64,000 bases of DNA from contig OY740807.1 of the NCBI GenBank assembly GCA_963514005.1, positions 14,384,001-14,448,000 of the forward strand. The letters are read 5' to 3'. Below the pieces are notes generated by a model. The model searched no databases, had not been told where the DNA came from, and saw only the letters and a list, made by a program, of their open reading frames with translations. This DNA comes from Raja brachyura (taxonomy: Eukaryota). The position numbers were made by a program, and so were the translations under genes. The number at the start of each line of letters is the position of its first letter. Positions within the stretch are counted from its first letter, which is position 1. This document shows, piece by piece, positions 26,873-38,260 of the stretch.

Positions 26873-28680
26873 GGAACCTTATCAGCCAGCTTGTCTCACT
26901 ATCCACTGTGAAATATATATTTACCATTTAAAAAATCGTAGCATGAATGAAAGTTTTAATGGACGGGCCACAGATTCTTTCTTCTAATCCATTTGGGATT
27001 TCAAGGACCTCACAGTGGACTCTTCAGTAATCATGTTACAAGTTTTACCGCACAAACGACTGGGCCAGGAAACAGTCTTGCATTGTCAATGTCCATGAGT
27101 TTCCAGTCTGATAGATTTACTGAAACAAAAGCTCCTACGATACAGCAGAGGTTGGAGAGAGGAACAAGGAGACGATGGCACAGAATGAGCACCAGGTGGA
27201 ATTATTTGTCCCAGTGCCACCTGCCTTGATCCAAGAGGTGACGGACAGACATTGGATTATTAATTTGCTTCCACCAAGTTATTCATTTTTAATAACGTGA
27301 ACTAATACGGATTGCTGCAGGCAGGCAAGGAAGGCTGGCGAGATGAAATATCAGTGCTGTGTACGTGGTCTCAAACCCCTTTGTATCCACTTCATCTGCA
27401 TAACCTTCTTATTACAGGAAGTGAAGAATCTGGTGTCAGCAGCCAAGACAACCCGAGTGATAAACTTCCTTTAGGAAACAAACTTCTCAATGAGGCAACT
27501 TTCTCATGAAAACTGTCGAGACACAGGGACAGTGCTAGGTCGAAGAAAGTGATCAGACCAGTTAGGGGGATGGGGGAAAGTAATAGTAAGACAGCAGAGA
27601 TTATGCGCTTTGCTAATTAAAATTAAAACTTTAAAGTTGGGTTAACGCTGAACAGCGATGTGTGCAGTGACATCTGGGCCTGTAATCAGCGGCATGGCTT
27701 TTAACCACTGCCAACTAAAATATCCAAATATAAAATCCACTTTACAGATCATCGCAGCAGTTCAGGGTCTGCCAAAGCAAACAGTCAAAGTCTGAAGTTT
27801 GCTTTACAAACCTGTGATCAGGGAGTTGAGAGGGCAGGCTTCCAGAAAAGCAATTGCAGCAAGCTTCAGATCCGAACCCAGACGTAAATCTATCACCCTG
27901 CCCAAATAGGTCCACAACACTAGGAACTAACGACACAGTAGTAGTCCGGAACCTGAACACACACCTACCCAAGGTGGCCAGAAAAGACGTCAGTCAGAGT
28001 TAAATGATCTACATTAGTCCAGTTTTCTTCTGAAAGTATACATTGGGAGGTACACATCCCTAAGAGTCTAAATAGAGTCATAGAGTTATACAGCATGGAA
28101 ACAGGCTCTTCGGCCTAACTTGCCCGTGTCCAAATCTTCAAGGCACTATGTCCGAGGGCATATTCAGCATCCGTGGTCAATAAGTACCATTTTATGAAGG
28201 ACTACACATGCATCAGCTATCATTGGGCATGGGCAGCAGGGGCACTGTCATTGCAACATGCACAGCATGTGTGTACAAGGGACTGAATGCATTCATGCTG
28301 GGTTATGGATTCCGTGTGCTGAATCTCACCATAAAATAGGTCAATATGTGTCAATTCTTGTTGAACTACAGTTTCTATGGGCACTGAGAGGCTTTCAATA
28401 AGTAATCCAGTCATTCCTGATGTGCAAACTTAGACACAAACAAGATAACCAATTAAGGGAGGTGTCACAAACAAGTCTAATTTTGTTTTTCACATCTAAG
28501 CAAATGCTCCTTTCAGTGACAAGGTGGGAACTGTTTTATCTTCTTCATCTATAACTTAAGGCTAATTTTGGCCTCAGCTGACGGCTTCACTAGACTCAGC
28601 TGTCAGCCCAAGGATCGAACCTGATAATTTCCCAGTCCTGGTGCAGACACTCACAACCACACACCTAAAAAACATTGTTA

Positions 28681-28986
28681 AGGGCCTGTCCCACTGTACG
28701 AGGTAATTCAAGAGCTCTCCAAAATCAACCTCATGGTAAGCACGTAGAATGTACGTAGCTGGTACGTCGGTGCTCAGGACGTCTCTTAGCGACTCGTAAC
28801 GTTAACGGCAGGTACTCGGGAAACGCGATAAGCTCGTGAAGACTTGTAAAGATTTTCAACATGTTGAAAAATGTCCACAAGAGCCCCGAGTACCTACGAG
28901 CGGCTATTAACGTAATTCTCCGAGTTCGAATCAGGGGAAACACGGGAGAATTCTCTTGAATTAGCTCGTACAGTGGGATAGGCCCT
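28681..28986. mobile_element. PIF/Harbinger-type MITE (306 bp)
   Basis: ~34-bp TIRs AGGGCCTGTCCCACTGTACGAGGTAATTCAAGAG…; TTA TSD on both sides (28678-28680, 28987-28989). Confidence 0.9.
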
Positions 28987-29224
28987 TTACAGGACACACC
29001 AAGAGTGGCTAAGTCCAACATTTCAAGTTAGTAATCCACTGTAGTTATTTATCCATAAAGGATTCCCTTAAACTGTGAAATATCGGATTTTCCATCCAGT
29101 ATTTTACCAAAAACAATTACCAAAAAGAGAGGCACCCTTGAGGCAGAGTCAAACAAATTCTGTTTTTATTTATGATTTAAGTCCAATAAATACTTCCCAA
29201 AACACCTCAATTATTTGGTTACAC

Positions 29225-29710
29225 TGAGACACAAGAAACTGCAGATGGTGGAATCTTGAGCAAAAACACAAACGTTTTGTGGAGGTGAGTCAGGCAGCAT
29301 CTGTGGAGGGAATGGGTAGACAATGTTTCAGGTTGGGCCCCTTCTTCACACTGGTTGAGTACGGAGGAGAAAGCTGGAAAAGAGAGACGGGGCAAAGCCT
29401 AAACCTAGCAAGTGATAGGTGGATACAGTTGGGGGTGGGAGGGGGGGAATGACTGGCAGATGGCTGGAGTAAATTACACAGTATTGAGATGAAAAGGAGA
29501 CAAAGGGGTGCCAGTTAAGGAAAACAGCGGAGGAGTGAATCTATGCCACACTCCCCTCTCATTCCCCTCCCCCCACCGCATCCTCCTACCGGCGCAACAC
29601 ATCTCTCCCACGTCATCATGCTTCTTTCCCCTTTATACGCTCCTCCTATCCCTGAGTCGCATATTCCTTTTTTATCCCCAACTTTCTCTCCTCTCTCCCC
29701 CTTATACAGC
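29225..29710. mobile_element. Penelope-like pLTR, fold-back, interrupted by the GC-rich element (resumes ~30573-30612)
   Basis: gagacacaagaaactgcagatggtggaatcttgagc…gggcccttcttcacac, then a pyrimidine-rich pLTR segment. Confidence 0.65.
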
Positions 29711-29714
29711 AGTC

Positions 29715-30572
29715 TTACCCGTGTCGTCGGGGGCGCCGGCCTGTACGGGTATGGCTGCCCAGCCTGCAGCTGTCCGTTTTTTCTCTCTTTTTTTAATTTT
29801 TAGTTAGTTGAGTTTTTCTGTTTCTCGGAGTCCTAGCCTTTTTTATGTGGGGGTGGGGGAGGGGAAGGGGGAAACTGCTTTCTAGGGTCCCTACCTGGTC
29901 GGAGAGGCAGCTTTCTCGGGGCTGCACCGTCGACCCGTCCTCGCGGCCTACCAGTGGGCCTGGAGCGGCGTTTCCTGGGGTGACCGCCCAGAACCACGGC
30001 TTCGGAATCGGCGCAGCGCTGGAGCGCCATCGCGGAGCGGAGCGGGTAATGCCTTGCCTGGGTCGCCGTGCTGGAGCTCCGGTGAGCTGAAGACCGCAGG
30101 AGAACATCGCGAGCTGTGGGAAGGCCAGCCGCGGGGCGGCGGCACTGAACTTTAACATCACGGAGCCTGGGATCTCTCGGCGAGATCGCCAGTTGTGGAG
30201 CTCCATCCAGCGCGGCCTGTTGGCGTTGGAAACCACGGTCTCTGGCAAGGAGGCGGCCGTTACAGGCACCCCGAGCCGCTGAGAGGGTTCTCCCGTTGCC
30301 GGAGCACCATCACCCGGCGAAGAAGGGCCTGGAACATCGGCCCTGATAACGGCGACTGTGGAGGCCTCAATAGGCCCGACTATGGGTGAACTGGGGATGG
30401 GGTCTGGACTTCGTGCCTCCCCTCATAATGGGAACCATTGTGGTGGGGATGTTTTTTTTATGTTTTAGTTCAATTCTTTAATGTTGTGTCTTGTCTTTGT
30501 CTGTGTGCTGCATGGCAAGACAAATTTCACTGCACCAATTGGTGTATGTGACAATACATGTCCTTTGTCCTT
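29715..30572 (+). mobile_element. CpG-rich non-coding retroposon with Rex1/Babar-like 3' tail
   Basis: Abrupt GC/CpG-rich island. Ends aatttcactgcaccaattggtgtatgtgacaatacatgtcctttgtcctt, similar to the Rex/Babar tails at 3650-3690 and 9315-9360. Confidence 0.65.
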
Positions 30573-30669
30573 CCACCCATATCCATCTCTTTGCCTTTAC
30601 ATTTCACTCCGCAAATAAAAGTGGTTTGTGACCATTGTCTATTTCATGATCACAATGATTTTGAAAGAT

Positions 30670-30965
30670 GGTTTAGACTTTAAAGCGAGAAATACAACAA
30701 GGAAACAGGAACTTCAGCCGACCAAGCCTCCGCCCACCAGTGATCACCCTGTACACTACCACTATCCTGCACACTGGGAAAAACGTACAATTTTGCCCAA
30801 GCCATTTAACCTACGCATTTTGTATGTCTTTAGAGCGTGGAAAGTAACTGGAGAAAACCAACACAGTCACAAGGAGAACGTACAGACTTTGTATAGACAG
30901 CACGCTTAGTCAGGATCAAACCCGGGACTCTGGTGCTGTATGGCAGCTGCGCCACTGTGCTACCC
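30670..30965 (-). mobile_element. HE1 V-SINE
   Basis: tttagactttaaagcgagaaatacaac…ggagaacgtacagactttgtatagacagcac…caggatcaaacccgggactctggtgctg. Confidence 0.85.
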
Positions 30966-31759
30966 TTGGTTAATGGAGGATGGGGCAAGAAATAGCCTGA
31001 ATTCATCGCCAAATGTTACAACTGTTTTGCAGCAACATTACTAAGCAAACATTTGACGCCAATCTACATTATGCAGGTAGATGTGTATACGATTAACCAC
31101 AGAAGGGGATTTTAAGAAATATCTTGGAGATGTTAGACAGAGAGATTGAGAATGGGAAGTCCAAGGCTGGAGAAATCGGTGAAAGGTTCCAGTGATCTGC
31201 AATGCAATGTTGCTGCTGCAAACTTGCCTGATCCCACTCCCATCCAGCCCCTGCTGTGCTAATTTGTTCAATTAGCCATGGCCCTCAGGTTGGAATTCAC
31301 TGAAAAAAGCTGCCTGCTCTGTCAACAGATTAACTAACAATAAACTACATTTTACAGACACACTGCTTACAGGACTATCAGTGGCAGACAAAGGACCGCC
31401 CTTGTCAAGCGTGGGGGCAGGAAACTTTCTTTACAGCTCTCTGGATAAGCCAGTGGCTGGAGGGATTGGCACAATCACAGCAAGGTCAGCACTAAAGTTC
31501 ACACCTCGAGTAGCGGTGTCTAACAACACTGACCCTTTCTGGCGACATAAATCTTCCAGAGAAACCAAGGGATTATCTGGCTAAGTGCGTTACCCATGTC
31601 GTGTGAGGTGACTGGGCCAGCCACAGTGGAACGTAAGAGTTGTACAGAATGATAAACAAATGACTTGTGCTGTACTTCCTCTGGGCAGTGGCTTACACAT
31701 TTCCCCACTTCTGCATTAGCCGATAAAAGATCCACTAACCTACTTAAATATATCCCCAT

Positions 31760-32190
31760 GCTCAACTTCAAGTTACACCCCTCAACCCCTCTTTGTTTCC
31801 CATGCCCCCACCCGCACCCTGGTGCGCCCCCATTTCTCCCACCAACTCCTACCCCTCCTGGTCACCTTGTTCCTTTCCCCTCCTTTATCCCCTCATCTCC
31901 CATCCCCGATTCCCCCCTTTTCTTCCCACTCTGTCCACTCCCTTGTTAACACTTCCACCCACATCCCTCCCTCAAGCTTTACGTTTCATTCCCCCTCTCC
32001 TCTCTTTATCGGACAGTCTTTTGTCTCATATTCATCTCTAGCCTTTGTTACTTACTCCACCGGCCCCCCTCCTACCAGCTTTCACCCACCAACTACAATC
32101 AGTCTGAAGAAAGGTGCCTGAAACCTCGCCTGCCCATTACCTCCACAGATGCTGCCTTACCCTCTGGGTTCCTCCGCCATTTTAAGTTCC
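31760..32190 (+). mobile_element. Penelope-like element 3' pLTR
   Basis: caacttcaagt…pyrimidine tract…actacaatcagtctgaagaaaggtgcctgaaacctcgcc…gatgctgcc. Confidence 0.7.
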
Positions 32191-32569
32191 GCCCTGAACG
32201 AATGTTCTTCCTGAGGTTTTCATGTGGCATTCCCTGCCAAATGGCTATTCTTCCCACATGTAATATTTTTCCATAGAACATACAAAGGTACAGCAACGGG
32301 ACAGGCCCTTCAGCCCATAATGTCTGTGCCCAAGATAAACTATTCTCCTCTGCATTTCTGTAACAGCCTTCCCAACCCCAGATTGTTCCAAAGCTCTGTA
32401 CAATAATTATTTTGAAATGTACTTGCTACTGTCATGTAGGAAATACGACAGCTAATTTAGAAATGCAAACTCCCACCAACAACAATGCCACCATCAGTTT
32501 AGTGATGATGGTTAAGGTATGTATTAATCAGAGTACCTGGAGAATATCTTTGCCCTGTTTAGGATATTT

Positions 32570-32866
32570 AGTTTTTTGTTTTAGAGATACAGAGCAGAAA
32601 CAGGCCCTTTGTCCCACCGAGTCCGCACCGACCTGCATATTAACACTATTTTACACATACTAGGGAAAATGTTTACATTTTCCAAGCCAATTTATCTACA
32701 TACCCCTAGGTCTTTTAGAGTGTGGGAGGAAACCGAAGATCTAGGAGAAAACCTGGGTGGTCATGGAGAGAATGTATAAACACCGTACAGACAACACCCG
32801 TAGTCAGAATCAAACCCGAGTCTCGAGTGCTGTAAGGCAGCAACTCTACCGCTGCGCCATCATGCC
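32570..32866 (-). mobile_element. HE1 V-SINE
   Basis: tttagagatacagagcagaaacaggccc…gctgtaaggcagcaactctaccgctgcgcc. Confidence 0.9.
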
Positions 32867-32944
32867 GGCCTTTGTTTGGGATCTATCACTTCCATCTGAT
32901 GGGCTTTGGTTTTCCATATGGTTTGAAACATGGACTGCTCTGAC

Positions 32945-33605
32945 ATAGAATCTAGAACACAGGAATACTCCCTTTGGCATTCAATGTTTGTGCTTAACAT
33001 GATGTCACGATTAACTAATCTCATATACCTGCACGTGATCATTGTCCCTCCATTACCTACATATCCATGTGCCTCTGTAAAAGCCTCTTAAATAACACTA
33101 TTGTATCTCCCTCCATCACCACCCCTGTCAGCACGTTTCAGGCACCCACCAACTCTGAACAAAACAATTACCCCACGCATCTCCTTTAAACTTTCCCCGT
33201 TTCACCTTAAAGCTATGCCTCTAATGCCTCTAATGTTTGACATTTCCACCAGGTTCAGTCTGTCTACCCCATCTATGCCTCTCTATAATTTTCTGTACTT
33301 CTATCAGGTTTCCCTTTTACCACCAGCGTTCCAGCAAAAAGAATCCAAATTTATCCCACCAATCCTTATAGTTAATACCCTCTAATCAAGGCAGCATTCT
33401 GGTAAACCTCTTCTGCACCCTCTCCAAAGCCTCTACATCCTTCCTGTAATGGGCAGATCTGAACTGCATGCAATACTCCAAAGGCATCCTAACCAAAGTT
33501 CTATAAAGCTGCAACAAGACTTCCTGACTCTTATTCTCAATGCCCCGATCACTGAAGGCGAGCATACCATATACCTTCTTTACCATTCTATCTACTTGTG
33601 TGCCA
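32945..33605 (-). mobile_element. CR1 LINE 3' fragment
   Basis: ORF 33386-33586 VKKVYGMLAFSDRGIENKSQEVLLQLYRTLVRMPLEYCMQFRSAHYRKDVEALERVQKRFTRMLP is a CR1 RT C-terminus. Confidence 0.9.
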
Positions 33606-34539
33606 ATGCAGAAGTTCCTCCATACCAGGCTGAGAGTTTCAGCCTGGATTATGCGCTAAATCTCTTTGGAATAGGCTTAAAATCGACAAGCTTCTGACCC
33701 ATAGGGGGAGAGACATGGCAACTAACTGAATCACGGTTGCCGGTCGACTGAACAGCGAACAAGGTTCCCTTATCCAAGTATCCACACAGTGGAATATTGT
33801 CCTTGTCTGTATTCATCTAGAGGGCAAATCCTCGTAAACCTGCCACTATTGCATTTGGAAGGAAAAGAGATTACTGAGGAATCACTCTGTGGGATTTAGA
33901 ACAGTTAAGGATTTTAACCAATTTAATCTCACCTAAAACACAATCAGATCAAGACACTGTGTTTGGAAATTCAATGCACAGACTGGAATCGGTCTTTTTA
34001 GGTCAAACTTCCCTAAGCTTATTACTCCAAAAGCAGATCTGGGCCTGCCATGTTTTGTCACCGTGTTGCCAAGCAGGCCAATATTTTATCTATCTGGGAG
34101 TCTGACCTTGAGTGGTTGCAATTACATTCCATGGTCTTGGGACACTCAGGGAAAAATGATATACTGTCTAGCACAAACCACCAGCAGAATAGCCCAGGGC
34201 TGGAGTAACTAAGCAGGGAGGTGTGAACTGGGAGGGAGGTAGGGTGGAGGTGCTACTAAAGAGAGGTGGCGGAGATGATGTGTACCGTGCGGATGAAGAT
34301 GCTAAGCATAGTCAAAAGGGCGAAGATTTTGATCATGGAGATACTTGTCGGAGACGATGTAGGCTCCACCACAGAAACCGCTCTTTAATTGGGACCTGGT
34401 GGGAGCTGATACATGACCTACACAGCACTAGGTCAGCCAGAGGGTGCATGCGCCACAACCTACCTGGTTTGAATGGTTTAATGAGATCATGGGAGGTGTA
34501 TTTCCTGAATAATCCATTGGGAGGAGCTCCATAAATAAA

Positions 34540-35000
34540 ATATATATATATTTTTTTTTAATGTTTAATTGCATTATGTGTATTGAGAATAATTCCCAGA
34601 ACCATGGTGCTGATTGCTGATTCCTTGCTGCTTCTCTATAAATTCACTACAAATAGACACTTGTCTCTAACCCTGGCTTGATTAAATTATTTTTTCTTTG
34701 GTTTCAAAATCTGAGCGTCTGATCTCTTCATCTATAATCTCACATGGTCTGCTGTCAGAGCAGGTTAGCAGCCGTGTCACTGGTTGTCCGGTCGAGAAGG
34801 AAAAATTGGATTTTTTTTTTGATGAAAACAGTATCTGATACTGTCTGACTCAAAGGAGCACATCTGAACCTTGGAGGGCTGTAATATGAGGAGAATTAGA
34901 AGCCGACCGCTGCGGAAATTATTGACAACATCACTGAAAATAATTTATCACAGATACATTTCCTTACTCTCGGCTGTAATCTAATCCACCATGGGTTTAG
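34540..35000. promoter_or_regulatory. Candidate conserved non-coding element (enhancer)
   Basis: Repeat-free and AT-rich, with dense TAAT/ATTA, TGATTAAAT, TGTCA/TGACA and TAATCT/TAATCC motifs. Lies in the large BCAS3 intron. Conservation is inferred, not tested. Confidence 0.45.
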
Positions 35001-36289
35001 GCCCAGGGTTGAGATGAAGAGGCTGTTAATCAGTCCTTATATTCAACAAAAGCAAAAAAACCTCTCTGCTCAACTCCTGCATTGAACACACACACACGTA
35101 TAGCGACTGAAGGAAGCATTTACTTATGGGTTGCAGCAAAAAGGAATTGACAAAACTGAGAAGGGAACTGGGAAAGTTCATCTGCACAAACAGCTCATAT
35201 CCCTGGGGACACAATCAGGATGTTTGCAGCGAGAAGCAAAATAGTGAGAGGCTCTCTTCATCGTTTTTCCTCTTCAATCCTCTTGGGAGAATCCTGCCCC
35301 CCTCCCCCCCCCCCCCCCCCGGGGGCAGTTTGGGGGCATGCACCTGTAGCTCAGCTGAGAGAGCAGTCATTGTGTGTGAAGCTAGATAGCCCACGCAACA
35401 GGCTATTAACCCTGGGAAGGGTGCACCTAAGCTGGCTCACCATCGCACGCAATGCCCACACAGTCCGCGGGGGGACTGAGTGGACACTGAGCAGGATAAC
35501 TAACCCTAGGTTGTAATCCACTCCCTAAGTTCAAGGGCCTCGAAGCTAAGGGGCGCCGGTGCTACCTCTCGCCTTGCTGACATCAGCAAAATCCGAGCAC
35601 GTCTTGGATCGCACCTGGCACTTTCGTGCTGCGTCCAGTCAAGCTGCTTTACATTGTGCTTTGAAGAAAGAACAAAATAACAGACTCCAGAAGTTGTGCG
35701 GATTTAAGAGTATTCTTTGACAAAGCTTTGGCAAAATACTGAAATATAGCAGTCCTCACTCAGGTGAGAATACCACTTTAAGAACATGAGGGTTTTGTTC
35801 TCAACTTGCTTTGTGCTCTGCTGCCAAGCACCTCGGTGATCAAGGTGACTCTTGACCCTTATATTTCACTGGTGAATTCTTGACAGTCACTTCGGGCCAG
35901 GATAATACGTGAACTCTGACCTCCTGAGGTGGTAGCTGAAAACGTTACAACCTTAAACCATCAGCAGAACAACCGAGGCACCTCATTACTCACCACTAAC
36001 GCACTCTTTTTACAAGTTTACCAATACTGTTTTAATCACCACGATCAGATGATATATGAAGTGGCGACGACTCATGGACACCCCTTTCGATATTTCACAC
36101 ACATTCACACATGCACAAGCCCCTTAAAAGAAATTCAATCACAAACTGTCAGGACTGTCAATGGTTTTAAGAATACTGGTTGGCAAAAGTCGACTTTTCC
36201 CCCCCTCTACTCGTCTGGTTACTGACTCCTTGCTGGGTTGTGGCTCCACTGAAGCCAAGCACACATTAAGCTGCGAGCATCTAGAAGCA

Positions 36290-36620
36290 TTTACAGCATA
36301 GATCCAGCAACCTGGGTTCAATCCTGACCTCCAGCGCTGTCTGTGGGAAGCTTGCATATTTTCCCTGTGATTTTCTATGTTTCCCCTGGGTGCTACTGTT
36401 TTCTCCCACACCGTTAAGACATTTGGGTTAGTAGGTTAATTGGTTGCTGAAAATTGCCCTGAGTGTGTAGGTGAGTGGGAAAATCATGCAAATGGGTGGA
36501 CGGGGTATGTGATGGGAATGTGGAGGATCAGAAATGGGTTTTTGTGTAGGATTAGTATAAATGGTCGGCTCGGATTCAGTGGGTCGAAGGGCCTGCTCTA
36601 TCTCCTATGATTCTACAACT
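36290..36620 (+). mobile_element. HE1-type V-SINE
   Basis: cctgggttcaatcctgacctccagcgctgtctgtgg…gtaggttaattgg…gggtcgaagggcctg. Confidence 0.8.
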
Positions 36621-36654
36621 CTGATCGACAGTACCAAGCAAGCTATTTAATCAG

Positions 36655-36882
36655 AGATACAGTGAACTGCAATTGCTGGAATCGTGAGAAAATCATAAAA
36701 GTGCTGGAGGAACTCAGTGGGTCAGGCAGCAACTGTGGAGGGAATGGACAGGCGACATTTTGGATCAGGACTCTTCATCACACTCCGGGTCTGAAGATGG
36801 GTCAAAACATCGCCTGTCCATTCACTCCACAGATGCTGTCCGACCAGCTAAGTACCTCCAGCACTTTGCGTTTTGTTCAAGT
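36655..36882. mobile_element. Fold-back Penelope-derived short element
   Basis: aaagtgctggaggaactcagtgggtcaggcagc…ctcttcatca / gtctgaagatgggtcaaaacatcgcctgtcc…cctccagcactttg form inverted arms. Confidence 0.75.
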
Positions 36883-37924
36883 TATTTAACTAAGGAGGTA
36901 TCCGTTGTCATCCAACAATCTTACTTCTAAGCACACACTTTGCATGAGGAGTTCGTGATCATAAGCAAGGGGACTGGCTGTTTTCCCTTGCCTAAGGGTT
37001 ACTGAAATACATTTTAACCTCAGCCAGCACAATCACCACCTCAGATAAGGTATCTAAGTCAGCAATGGATCGTGGTCTGCATGGCCTGTTTAAGTTTCTA
37101 ACTATAGAGGGAGCCGTTGATTATTTTCAGCAGCCTCTGTCTGACTCGGCAAAACCCTGAGTGCCAGTTGACCTCAGTACCACCATCAAAAGAAAACCCA
37201 AACAGAGTCCAAGTTTGATGTCCTAACGACACGGCAATCCGTGGCATCAAGTACAGGAGATTATCAAACCTGTTTTATGTAAAGAAGAGTAAACAGCAGA
37301 TGGTGAGCAGATGGTTGGGGGGGGGGGGGGGGGGGGGAGGTGGTGGGGGTGGGGGACGAAGAACTGAGGACACAATTAGAGAAAAAAGGTTTTTAATAGC
37401 TAAGAGTGAGATGGCAACATTGACGGTTTGATGAGAGGAACGCAGAGGTACTTTGTTTGTGGCTGACTATACTTCATGGCACGGACTAGGGCTGTATTCT
37501 TTCCAGTGTAGATTAAAGATGATCCAATTGAGTTGTTTAAGACGATAACATGATTTTCGGTTTACTAGTGAAAGAGTACTGCATTGTCAGAGGTGCTGCT
37601 TGCCCTGTTGCCCTCGCTGATATGGCTTTCTGAACCAGCACTATAATCAGATTACCCTTATATTCACCACCAAGCTGTTTGTGGGATCACACAATGTATA
37701 AATTGGACACTGTATAAAGTGATTTGTGAATGGTAAGCTTGTGAACAGAACAACTTAACTTTCGATTTTTCTAGCATCTGCAGTTCCTTCGTAAAAACTT
37801 CCAATGTCTAGTATCAGGTGTCTATCTGTCAGGCAAGGCATTGGGGTTTGGGATAGGGGCAACCGGGACAAATCCTTTATTACATCTGAGCTCAATCCTA
37901 TCCACACACAATACGCGCAGTTAT

Positions 37925-38260
37925 ATAGACACACTACGAGGAAACAGGCCCTCTGGCCCAATGGGACTGCACTGACCGTCAAGCACACATTTTTACACTA
38001 ATCCCATTATATTCTCCCTATATTTTCATCAACATCCATAAAGTGTACAATTTTCCTACTTGGACACCAGGATCAATGCATAGCTGTCTCCTAACCTACC
38101 AACCAACGCACCTTTAAGATGAGGGAGGAAACAGGAGCACTCAGGAGAACCTTGGAGATCACAGGGAGAACATGTAAACTCCACAGAGACATCACTGGAG
38201 GTTGGGATTGAACGCGGGTCTTTTGCACTGTGGGGCAACGGCTCGACCAGCTTCCCCACT
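37925..38260 (-). mobile_element. HE1-type V-SINE
   Basis: ggaaacaggccctctggccc…gggaggaaacaggagcac…gtaaactccacagagac…gggattgaacgcgggtc. Confidence 0.8.

Noticed and set aside
29793-30269. 158-aa ORF, the longest in the track
   Set aside because: Arises from stop-codon scarcity in the GC-rich retroposon; low-complexity P/R/A sequence with no domain.
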